Shown here piece after piece: positions 42,508 through 50,480 of a DNA stretch of 64,000 nucleotides. The translations under genes and the position numbers were made by a program. Under the pieces are notes generated by a model, which worked only from the letters and a program-made list of their open reading frames with translations, ran no database searches and was not told where the DNA came from. The DNA is from an uncultured Acetobacteraceae bacterium (GTDB lineage Bacteria > Pseudomonadota > Alphaproteobacteria > Acetobacterales > Acetobacteraceae), in assembly GCA_964247685.1 (NCBI GenBank), contig CAXTVZ010000001.1, positions 56,800 through 120,799 of the forward strand, written 5' to 3'. The stretch's first letter is position 1. Every line of letters begins with the position of its first letter.

Positions 42508-43515
42508 ATGACGTCCACTAAGGTCTACTTTGCAACGAACCGCGTGGCCTCGCTTGGCGATTACGGGTTCAGCGACGAAATCATAGCCGCCGACGCGCCG
42601 CTGACCTGGGCGGTGGCGGACGTGTCCGGCATCGACATCGCCAATCCCGATTCAGGCGGGGTGGACCGCTACGCGGTTGAATCGGCCGATAAGCTGGCGG
42701 GCATGATCCGCGACGACGTCGTGCTCGGAAAGCGCAACTTGCTGATTTTCGTCCACGGCTTCGACAACAGCTTCGACGATGCAATCGAGCGCGCAGCCTA
42801 CGTGCGCGAGTTCTACGCCCAGTCCGGGGTGCAAGGTGCAGACTGCGTGGTCGTGACCTTCACCTGGCCGTCGTCGGGTCTCGTGCTGGAGAAGCTACCC
42901 GCCCCACCGCAAGCGGCTTACCTGCGCGACCAGGCGATTGCGGCACAGAGCGGTGAGCATCTGGCCACATTCCTCAAGGCGATGGCTGCGCTGCTGCCCA
43001 GCATGCCAGCCGACAGACGGGCAACCCTGCTGGTGCACAGCATGGGCAACGTGGCCTTTGCCCAGGCCGTCTACACGGTCGGCGGCACCTGGAACGCGCC
43101 CCCGTTCGACGACGTCGTCCTGGCGGCGCCCGACGTGGCGAACACGGTGCTGGACCTGCCGGTCGACCCGATGTTTCGGCTGCCTGTGCTGGCCAAGTGC
43201 GTGTCGGTCTACTTCAGCAGGCGCGACCTGATCCTCGACGTCAGCTCCGGCATCAACGGCAACGCACGGCTCGGTCAACATGGGCCGAGCCATGCCGACC
43301 GGGCAAGTTTTCCGGCCGACAAGTTTCGCATGGTCGACTGCACGGAAGCGCGAGACTTTCCCAGCCTCACCCCGATCGATGCGACGCACCAGTATTACCG
43401 GCGCTCGCGCCTAGTGCGCGACGACCTTGCGCGCGTGATTGCGGGCTTGCCGGTGCTAGGTGGCGAGACCGCGATTGGGCATCAGCCGTTGCCGGCGGCG
43501 CGGACCGTTGCGTGA
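42508..43515 (+). CDS. alpha/beta hydrolase, DUF900-like
   Basis: LLIFVHGFDNSFDDA and nucleophile elbow LLVHSMGNVA. Confidence 0.65.
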   Translation: MTSTKVYFATNRVASLGDYGFSDEIIAADAPLTWAVADVSGIDIANPDSGGVDRYAVESADKLAGMIRDDVVLGKRNLLIFVHGFDNSFDDAIERAAYVREFYAQSGVQGADCVVVTFTWPSSGLVLEKLPAPPQAAYLRDQAIAAQSGEHLATFLKAMAALLPSMPADRRATLLVHSMGNVAFAQAVYTVGGTWNAPPFDDVVLAAPDVANTVLDLPVDPMFRLPVLAKCVSVYFSRRDLILDVSSGINGNARLGQHGPSHADRASFPADKFRMVDCTEARDFPSLTPIDATHQYYRRSRLVRDDLARVIAGLPVLGGETAIGHQPLPAARTVA

Positions 43516-43525
43516 TCAAGGTGCG

Positions 43526-43885
43526 GTGCCGCTCGGCGTTCGCCGCGCTGCCGAGCGGTTCGCGCGGCGCTGGCCGCAGTTTGGCACGCCGGAGGGCGCC
43601 TACTACGCCTGCGAGGACGCGAGCCGCTTGTTCGCGATGCACACGCGCGGCGCGGTCGTCGTGCACGCGCTCGGCAGCCGCCGGCCGTTTCCGCGCGCCT
43701 ACGCTGAGTGGCGGGAATACGGCACGCTGGACCGCAACCTCTATCACGTCGTCTGCCGGATCGGCCGCTGGTATGTCGACGTGACGCGCAGGCAGATGGA
43801 GCCGAATGCTGCATACCCATTCATCCAGCACGAGCGGCAATTTCGGCGCGAGTGGCGTCAGATCAGCACAGAGGCACTTGTATGA
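43526..43885 (+). CDS. hypothetical protein
   Basis: GTG 43526 after AAGG; internal start of ORF 43460..43885. Confidence 0.5.
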   Translation: MPLGVRRAAERFARRWPQFGTPEGAYYACEDASRLFAMHTRGAVVVHALGSRRPFPRAYAEWREYGTLDRNLYHVVCRIGRWYVDVTRRQMEPNAAYPFIQHERQFRREWRQISTEALV

Positions 43886-44232
43886 GCGAGAACGACAACT
43901 CGGCAGACGCCGACAATAAGGTCTTCGACCTGATGGCCGAGATCTATCCGGAGCCGGCAAAGTACCGCCTAGGCAAGTTTACGGTGTCGCTTCACCTGAT
44001 CGAAAAACGCTTGGACCTCGTCAAAGCCATGGTCGAGGGCTGCGTGGTCGTCAGCGCTAAAGTCTGCTGGCACCGCAACGCCATCGAATACGTGGCCCTG
44101 CACGACGATTTCGACTTGTGCACAAAAGTCGAGACAACACCTTATTACTCCGCCGCTATGGCGTGCCTAGAAGGCCGAACGTTCAAGCGCGAGTGGAGGC
44201 GCGAGGCCGGCTCCGTCTGGCTTCCGCTGTAA
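43882..44232 (+). CDS. hypothetical protein
   Basis: ATGA overlap. Confidence 0.5.
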   Translation: MSENDNSADADNKVFDLMAEIYPEPAKYRLGKFTVSLHLIEKRLDLVKAMVEGCVVVSAKVCWHRNAIEYVALHDDFDLCTKVETTPYYSAAMACLEGRTFKREWRREAGSVWLPL

Positions 44233-44238
44233 CGAAGC

Positions 44239-44267
44239 TTGCAAGCGCGGTGACTTTGCGCGAACGT
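44239..44267 (+). promoter_or_regulatory. promoter-like repeat, variant spacer
   Basis: TTGCAA-gcgcggtgactttgcgc-GAACGT, 6 nt upstream of leader box. Confidence 0.4.
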
Positions 44268-44273
44268 AACGCC

Positions 44274-44295
44274 GCCAGGGGCGCCGTGCCCGGGC
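44274..44295 (+). promoter_or_regulatory. leader stem-loop box
   Basis: GCCAGGGGCGCCGTGCCCGGGC, ends 18 nt before GTG 44314. Confidence 0.55.
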
Positions 44296-44313
44296 GAAGC
44301 CGAGGACCTGCCC

Positions 44314-47300
44314 GTGCAGCAACTTAACTTTTTTGAGGTGCAGGCGCCGCGCGTCAGCGCCGCAACGCCGCCGGCGGAAAACTTTTCCCTACTCGACTCA
44401 GCCGAGCAAGGCCGCGGCCTGGCAAAGACGTGGAAGGAGCGCGCGGCCGACAACATCGCCGCCATCCGGCTTGCGCAACGCATAGAGGCCGAGTTCCGGC
44501 CCGCAACGCTGGCCGAGTGTGCCCAGCTCATCCGCTTCGTCGGCTTCGGCGCGTCGGACTTGGCAAACAGCCTGTTTCCCACAAAGGCCGGCGCTTTCGG
44601 TCAGGGATGGGAACAGCTGGGCCAGGCGTTGCACGCAGTGGCCGGCCGCGAGGTGACGGCGCTCGCGCGCGCAACGCAGTACGCGCACTTCACCCCGGAA
44701 TACATCGTCACGGCCATGTGGGATGCGGTGCGCCGCTTCGGCTTCGATGGCGGCCGCGTGCTCGAACCAGGCTGCGGCACCGGCCTGTTCCTGGCGCTGG
44801 CGCCAAAAGCCATCGCGCAGGCGTCGGTCTTCGTGGGCATCGAGCGTGATCCGATAACCGCTCGCATCGCGCGGTTGCTGCATCCTTTGGCGCACATCGA
44901 GACGGCTGATTTCGGGCAACGTCACCTGCCGCGCTGCGCCGAGCCGTTCGACCTGGTGATTGGCAACCCGCCGTTCTCCGACCGGACGGTAACGGCCGAC
45001 GACGCCGAGGGTGCCGGCAAGCTCGGGCTGTCGCTGCACGAGTTCTTCATCCTGCGCGCCGTGCGCATGCTGCGGCCTGGCGGGCTCGGTGCCTTTGTCA
45101 CCAGCCGCTACCTCATGGACAAGGGGTCGGATCTTGCCCGCGCGGTGCTGGCCGCCGATGCCGAGCTGCTCGGCGCGATCCGGCTGCCGCGCGGCAGCAT
45201 GCGCGCCGCAGCGGGCACCGACGTGGTGGTCGACCTGCTGTTCCTTCGCCGGCGCGATAAGCGGGGCGCGCACCCGCTGAGCAAGCCCTGGGTCGCGCTT
45301 GGCAGCGTTGCCTGCACCGGCCTGGCGACGAGTTGCACCGTCAACAGCTTCTTCGCCGAGACGCCCGAGGCGGTGCTCGGCAACCATGCCTTTGTCAGCA
45401 GCCAGCACGGGCCGGCCTACACGTGCGCGCCGGAGCCTGGCCTGGACCTGCCGGGCGAGCTCGCGGCCGCTGCCGAGCGTCTAGCGTCCGAGCAGGCGTT
45501 CTGGCCAGCGGACGCCGTGCTGGACGCCGACGAGGCCGACCCCGTGCCCGACGTGAACGTGCGCAGCGTGGCCGACGGAGGCACCCTGCGCGAAGGCTCC
45601 TACTTCGTGGACACGGATCGGCTCTGGCAGATCGTGGACGGCCGCGCGGTGGCGGTGGCGGTCAAGGCGGGCCGCGGCACCGAGGGCATCTTCCAGAGCC
45701 ACGCGGCCATCATCCGCGGCCTCATCCCGATCCGCGACGCGGTGCGCGACGTGCTGCGGGCGCAGGTGCGCAACTCGGCGTCATGGGCGGCCGAAGCGGC
45801 GCGCCTTCGGGGCGCCTACGACGCCTTTGTCAAGAAGCACGGGCCGATCAACCACACAGTGCTGTCCACCACCACGGTCGACGACGTGGTGCGGGTGACA
45901 GACCCGGAGACCGGGGAGGTGCTCAGCGAGACGCTGGAGCAACGCGAGCGCACCACCGCGCGGCGGCCGAACCTCGCGCCGTTTCTCGACGACCCTGACG
46001 TCTGGCTGGTGTCCTCGATTGAGAGCTACGACGTCGACACCGGCATCGCCAAGCCGGGCGCGGTGTTTACCGAGCGGGTCATTCGCCAGCCCACCGAGCC
46101 GGTCATCGCCAGCGCCGCCGACGCCCTGGCGGTGGTGCTCAACGAGGTGGGCCGGGTCGACATCCCGCGCATCGGCGGGCTCATCTTCAAGCCGCCGGCG
46201 GAGGTCATACGCGAGCTCGGCGCCGCCATCTTCGAGGACCCGGAGACGGAGCAGTGGGTCACTGCGGACGCCTATCTGTCCGGCGCGGTGCGCGGCAAGC
46301 TGAAGACCGCGCAACGCGCGGCGGCGGAGGCCGGCGCCCGCTACCAGCGCAACGTCGAGGCGTTGGAGGCCGTGCAGCCGACCGACCTCAAGCCGTCGGA
46401 AATTACCGCTAGGCTGGGCGCGCCGTGGGTGCCCGTGCCGGTCGTCGAGCGCTTCATTCTCGAGGTCATGCGGGTGCGCACGACCGTCCACCACACGCCC
46501 GCCGTGGCGTCGTGGACCGTCGAGCAGCCGCCGTTCAAAGGCAACGCAGCCAGCACGTCGGAGTGGGGCACGCAGCGCCGGCACGCCGGCGACCTGCTGG
46601 AGGACGCGCTGAACGCGTCCATCCCACGAATTTACGACGTCGAGCGCGACAGTTCCGGCAAGGAGATCCGCACTTTCAACGCGGCTGCCACCGAGGCGGC
46701 AAAGGAGAAGCTCGAAAAGATCAAGCGGGCCTTTGAGGCTTGGGTCTGGAAAGAGCCGTCGCGCGCCGACAGGCTGGTTCGGATCTACAACGACGACTAC
46801 AACAACTTGGTGCCGCGCCACTTCGACGGCGCGCACCTGCAGTTGCCCGACGCCAGCGGCATCATCGAGATGCGGCCGCACCAGAAGCGCGGCGTCTGGC
46901 GCGTCATCACTGCGGGGTCCACCTACCTTGCGCACGCCGTGGGTGCCGGCAAAACCTTCCTGATGGCCGCGGCGCTGATGGAGCAGAAGCGGCTCGGCCT
47001 TGTCAGCAAGCCCATGATGGTCGTGCCCGGGCACTGCCTGGCGCAAGCCGCGCGCGAGTTCCTGATGCTCTACCCGACGGCGCGCATCCTGGTCGCCGAC
47101 GAGACCAACTTCGTCAAGGAAAAGCGCCAGCGCTTCATCGCGCGCGCGGCCACCGGCAACTGGGACTGCATCATCCTGACGCACTCCGCCTTCAAGTTCA
47201 TCCCCGCGCCCGGCGCGTTCGAACGCAGCATGATCAACGAGCAGCTGGCCAACTACGAGGAGCTCCTGCTGTCGGTCGACGAAAACGACCGCGTGGGCCG

Positions 47301-49374
47301 CAAGCGGTTGGAGCGGCTGAAAGAGGGCTTCGAGGAACGCCTTGACCGGCTGTCCTCGCGCAAGGACGACGTGGTCACCATTGCCGAAATCGGCGTGGAT
47401 CAGATCGTCGTCGACGAGGCGCAGGAGTTCCGCAAGCTCTCGTTCGCAACCAACATGGGCACGCTGCGCGGCATCGATCCGGACGGCTCGCAGCGCGCTT
47501 GGGACCTCTACGTCAAGGTCAAGTTCATCGCCCAGTCGAACCCGACGCGGCCGCTGATCATGGCGTCCGGCACGCCTATCACGAACACCATGGGCGAGCT
47601 GTTCACCCTCATGCGCTTCATGCACGAGGTAGGGCTGATCGACCGGCTGGTGCACCAGTTCGACGCCTGGGCGTCGACCTTCGGCGAGACGCGCACCGAT
47701 CTCGAGCTGCAGCCATCGGGCCTCTACAAGCCGGCCACCAGGTTCAGCCAGTTCGTCAATGTGGCAGAGCTGATCGCGATGTTCCGCGCGGTGGCCGACG
47801 TCGTGCTGAAAGACGACCTGCGCGGCTACATGAAGCTGCCGCGCATCAAAGGCGGCAAGCGGCAAATCCTGACGTTCAAGCCGACGCCCGCCTTCCGCGC
47901 CTACCAGAAGGAACTCGCGCACCGCATCGCCCTGATCGAGCAGCGCAAGGGGATGCCGAAAAAAGGCCAGGACATCATCCTGTCGGTCATCGGCGACGGC
48001 CGGCACGCGGCGCTGGACATGCGCTTCACCGGCCCGGACGCCGAGAACGAGCCCGAAAACAAGCTGAACGGGCTCATCGCGAACGCCTTTAAAATTTGGC
48101 AGGAGACCAGCGGCTACCGCTACACAAACCCGGCAACCGGGGAAGCCTATCCGCTGCCCGGTGCCACGCAGATGATCTTTTCCGACCTCGGCACTCTGAA
48201 CGCCGTGGCAACGCGTGGCTTCTCCGCCTACGCGTGGATCCGCACCGAGCTGATCCGGCTCGGCGTGCCGGCGGAGCAGATCGCCATCATCCACCACTAC
48301 AAGCGCGCGGCCGAGAAGCTGGCGCTTTTTGCCGACCTTAACAGCGGTCGAAAGCGCTTCGTCATCGGTTCGAGCGAAAAGATGGGCACCGGCGTCAACG
48401 CGCAGCAACGTCTGATCGCGATGCACCACCTTGACGTTCCCTGGCTGCCGTCCTGGATCGAACAGCGGGAAGGGCGCATCGACCGGCAGGGCAACCAGAA
48501 CGACGAAATCGGCCTGTTTGCCTATGCGACGACTGGCAGCATGGACGCGCCAATGTGGCAGTTCAACGAGAGAAAGGCGCGTTTCATTGCCGCGGCGCTG
48601 TCGGGCGACCGCTCCATCCGCCGGCTCGACGACGTCGGCGACACCGTCGACCAGTTTGCTTTTGCCAAGGCGCTATCGAGCGGCGACGCGCGCCTGATGC
48701 AGAAGGCCGGGCTCGAAGCTGAGCTTGCCCGCCTGCATCGGCTGAAGGACTCGCACTTCGACGACCAATACAACGTGCGTCAGCGCGTCGACGGCGCGCG
48801 CGGCACGATCGTGCGCTGTCAAAAGCGCATTCCGCTGCTGGAGATGGACCTCGACAATCGCGTGGACACCCGCGCGGACCTGTTCCAGATGACGGTTGAC
48901 GGCAAGGCCTACACCGAGCGCAAGGCGGCCGGCGCCGCCTTGCTGGCGTTCGCGCGCGCCCGCAAAGCCGGCATGCAGGACGGCGAGTGGACTATCGCGC
49001 AGCTGGGCGGGTTCGCCGTGAAGCTGGACAGCGAAGTCCTTGTCGAGCGGTCGCGCGGCAAGGAGGTCGCCCGGTCGTGGTTCGCCCACCTTTGGATCAT
49101 GTTTAGCGCCGAGCCGACGAGGGTATCGGCGGACGTGGCGGCCCTAGAGCCGCTCGGCTTGGTCGCGCGGCTGGAGAACGCCGTGCGTGCTCTCGACTAC
49201 GACCTGACAACGACGCAGACGCGCCTGGCGGACGCCGAGAAGGACCTCCGGGAGTTCGAGGCGATGCTGCAGGACACCTTCGAGTTTCAGGACGAACTCG
49301 ATGCCAAAACCGACGAGCTGTTGACCCTCAACGAGTCCCTGGCGCGCAACACGGAAGCCCCTGTTTTGCTCTAG
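44314..49374 (+). CDS. N6-adenine DNA methyltransferase fused to SNF2-family helicase (DarB-like giant protein)
   Basis: LEPGCGTGLFLA, VIGNPPFSD; AVGAGKTFLM, VVDEAQEFRK, MASGTPITNTMGELF, QREGRIDRQGN; 1686 aa. Confidence 0.9.
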   Translation: MQQLNFFEVQAPRVSAATPPAENFSLLDSAEQGRGLAKTWKERAADNIAAIRLAQRIEAEFRPATLAECAQLIRFVGFGASDLANSLFPTKAGAFGQGWEQLGQALHAVAGREVTALARATQYAHFTPEYIVTAMWDAVRRFGFDGGRVLEPGCGTGLFLALAPKAIAQASVFVGIERDPITARIARLLHPLAHIETADFGQRHLPRCAEPFDLVIGNPPFSDRTVTADDAEGAGKLGLSLHEFFILRAVRMLRPGGLGAFVTSRYLMDKGSDLARAVLAADAELLGAIRLPRGSMRAAAGTDVVVDLLFLRRRDKRGAHPLSKPWVALGSVACTGLATSCTVNSFFAETPEAVLGNHAFVSSQHGPAYTCAPEPGLDLPGELAAAAERLASEQAFWPADAVLDADEADPVPDVNVRSVADGGTLREGSYFVDTDRLWQIVDGRAVAVAVKAGRGTEGIFQSHAAIIRGLIPIRDAVRDVLRAQVRNSASWAAEAARLRGAYDAFVKKHGPINHTVLSTTTVDDVVRVTDPETGEVLSETLEQRERTTARRPNLAPFLDDPDVWLVSSIESYDVDTGIAKPGAVFTERVIRQPTEPVIASAADALAVVLNEVGRVDIPRIGGLIFKPPAEVIRELGAAIFEDPETEQWVTADAYLSGAVRGKLKTAQRAAAEAGARYQRNVEALEAVQPTDLKPSEITARLGAPWVPVPVVERFILEVMRVRTTVHHTPAVASWTVEQPPFKGNAASTSEWGTQRRHAGDLLEDALNASIPRIYDVERDSSGKEIRTFNAAATEAAKEKLEKIKRAFEAWVWKEPSRADRLVRIYNDDYNNLVPRHFDGAHLQLPDASGIIEMRPHQKRGVWRVITAGSTYLAHAVGAGKTFLMAAALMEQKRLGLVSKPMMVVPGHCLAQAAREFLMLYPTARILVADETNFVKEKRQRFIARAATGNWDCIILTHSAFKFIPAPGAFERSMINEQLANYEELLLSVDENDRVGRKRLERLKEGFEERLDRLSSRKDDVVTIAEIGVDQIVVDEAQEFRKLSFATNMGTLRGIDPDGSQRAWDLYVKVKFIAQSNPTRPLIMASGTPITNTMGELFTLMRFMHEVGLIDRLVHQFDAWASTFGETRTDLELQPSGLYKPATRFSQFVNVAELIAMFRAVADVVLKDDLRGYMKLPRIKGGKRQILTFKPTPAFRAYQKELAHRIALIEQRKGMPKKGQDIILSVIGDGRHAALDMRFTGPDAENEPENKLNGLIANAFKIWQETSGYRYTNPATGEAYPLPGATQMIFSDLGTLNAVATRGFSAYAWIRTELIRLGVPAEQIAIIHHYKRAAEKLALFADLNSGRKRFVIGSSEKMGTGVNAQQRLIAMHHLDVPWLPSWIEQREGRIDRQGNQNDEIGLFAYATTGSMDAPMWQFNERKARFIAAALSGDRSIRRLDDVGDTVDQFAFAKALSSGDARLMQKAGLEAELARLHRLKDSHFDDQYNVRQRVDGARGTIVRCQKRIPLLEMDLDNRVDTRADLFQMTVDGKAYTERKAAGAALLAFARARKAGMQDGEWTIAQLGGFAVKLDSEVLVERSRGKEVARSWFAHLWIMFSAEPTRVSADVAALEPLGLVARLENAVRALDYDLTTTQTRLADAEKDLREFEAMLQDTFEFQDELDAKTDELLTLNESLARNTEAPVLL

Positions 49375-49379
49375 TGACA

Positions 49380-49392
49380 CAACAAAATGTTG
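49380..49392. promoter_or_regulatory. CAACA-N3-TGTTG palindrome
   Basis: gacaCAACAaaaTGTTGcg; TTGCGT-N17-CATATT with spacer CTCGCCC-ggt-GGGCGAG. Confidence 0.55.
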
Positions 49393-49461
49393 CGTCTCGC
49401 CCGGTGGGCGAGCATATTATCGACACACCGAGGCAACATCGCCAGGTGCAGCGCGGAGCGA

Positions 49462-49584
49462 ATGATGACGGCAGGATCCCCCGGCGAAAACCCCAATCCC
49501 CCGTATCAGGACGACCCGGTGAGGGTGCTGCTGCGCGTCGCCTTCATCTTCACCGTCTGCAACTACATCTGGCTGCACCTCTGA
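49462..49584 (+). CDS. small hydrophobic-tail peptide
   Basis: 40 aa; GGAG upstream; stop overlaps next start (TGATG). Confidence 0.35.
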   Translation: MMTAGSPGENPNPPYQDDPVRVLLRVAFIFTVCNYIWLHL

Positions 49585-50480
49585 TGGCGGCAGGCCTGTT
49601 GGCACACCGAAGCGGTGCGCAGGCGTCGTTGCTCGGGCCGGTCGCGTCGTCGCGCCGCCCGTCAGCCGAGGGCACCGCCGGCGCGGGCCTGAACCCGGAT
49701 CTTGACCAGTACTTCACCCCGACATGGGTGGCCGAGGCGCTGGTTGAGCAGTTTTTCCCAACGCTGGCGACCGATTTCGTTGTGGACGCCGGGTGCGGGC
49801 ACGGCGCGTTTTTGGGCGCCCTTCCGGCCAGCGTGGACGCGCTCGGGGTTGAGATCGACCCCGAGGCCGCCGCCATCGCTAGGCGCAACACCGGGCGACT
49901 GGTCCTGACGGGCGACTTTTTGGACGTCGAGCTCACGCGCCAGCCCACCATGATCATCGGCAACCCGCCGTTCCGCGAGGCGATCCTCGACGCGATGCTG
50001 GCGCGCGCGCACCTGCTGCTGCCGCGGGGCGGCCAGGTCGGGTGGGTGCTGCCGGCCTACGTCTTTCAGACGCCGTCGCGCGTGCTGGCGATGGCCGAAC
50101 GGTGGAGCATCGAGAGCAAGGCCATGCTGCCGCGCACGCTCTACCGCGGGCTGAAGGAGCCGCTCGCCTTCATGGTGTTCACCAAGGACGGCCGCAGGCT
50201 GCTGCAGGGCTTCGCCCTCTATCGGGAGGCGGCCGAGGTGGCCGCGCTGAGCGAGGCCTACCGGGTGGTGCTGTCTCGCGCGCCGCGCTCGGCGTGGGTG
50301 CGGTGCGTGGCCGATGCGGTGCGCACGATGGGCGGCACGGCGACGCTGCCCCAGATCTACGCCGAGATCGGCGGCCGCCGGCCGTCGCAGACGACCTGGT
50401 GGCGCGAGAAGGTCCGGCAGGTCGCGCAGGCACACCTCGTCCGGCTCGACAGCGGCACTTACGGGTTGGCGGCGAGGTGA
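49584..50480 (+). CDS. N6-adenine DNA methyltransferase (NPPF type) with C-terminal wHTH-like tail
   Basis: DQYFTPTWVA, VVDAGCGHGAF, IIGNPPFRE. Confidence 0.75.
   Translation: MAAGLLAHRSGAQASLLGPVASSRRPSAEGTAGAGLNPDLDQYFTPTWVAEALVEQFFPTLATDFVVDAGCGHGAFLGALPASVDALGVEIDPEAAAIARRNTGRLVLTGDFLDVELTRQPTMIIGNPPFREAILDAMLARAHLLLPRGGQVGWVLPAYVFQTPSRVLAMAERWSIESKAMLPRTLYRGLKEPLAFMVFTKDGRRLLQGFALYREAAEVAALSEAYRVVLSRAPRSAWVRCVADAVRTMGGTATLPQIYAEIGGRRPSQTTWWREKVRQVAQAHLVRLDSGTYGLAAR

Noticed and set aside
45781-48429. 882-aa ORF on the minus strand
   Set aside because: It lies entirely antisense to the methylase-helicase gene, whose motifs are unambiguous. It is Arg/Ala/Gly-rich low complexity, typical of spurious antisense ORFs in high-GC DNA. 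The same reasoning removes 44398..45408(-), 3364..4563(-), 993..1745(-), 15182..16114(-), 15792..16715(-), 21569..22438(-), 27256..28026(-), 50801..51793(-), 61828..62907(-) and many other alternative-frame ORFs in the track.
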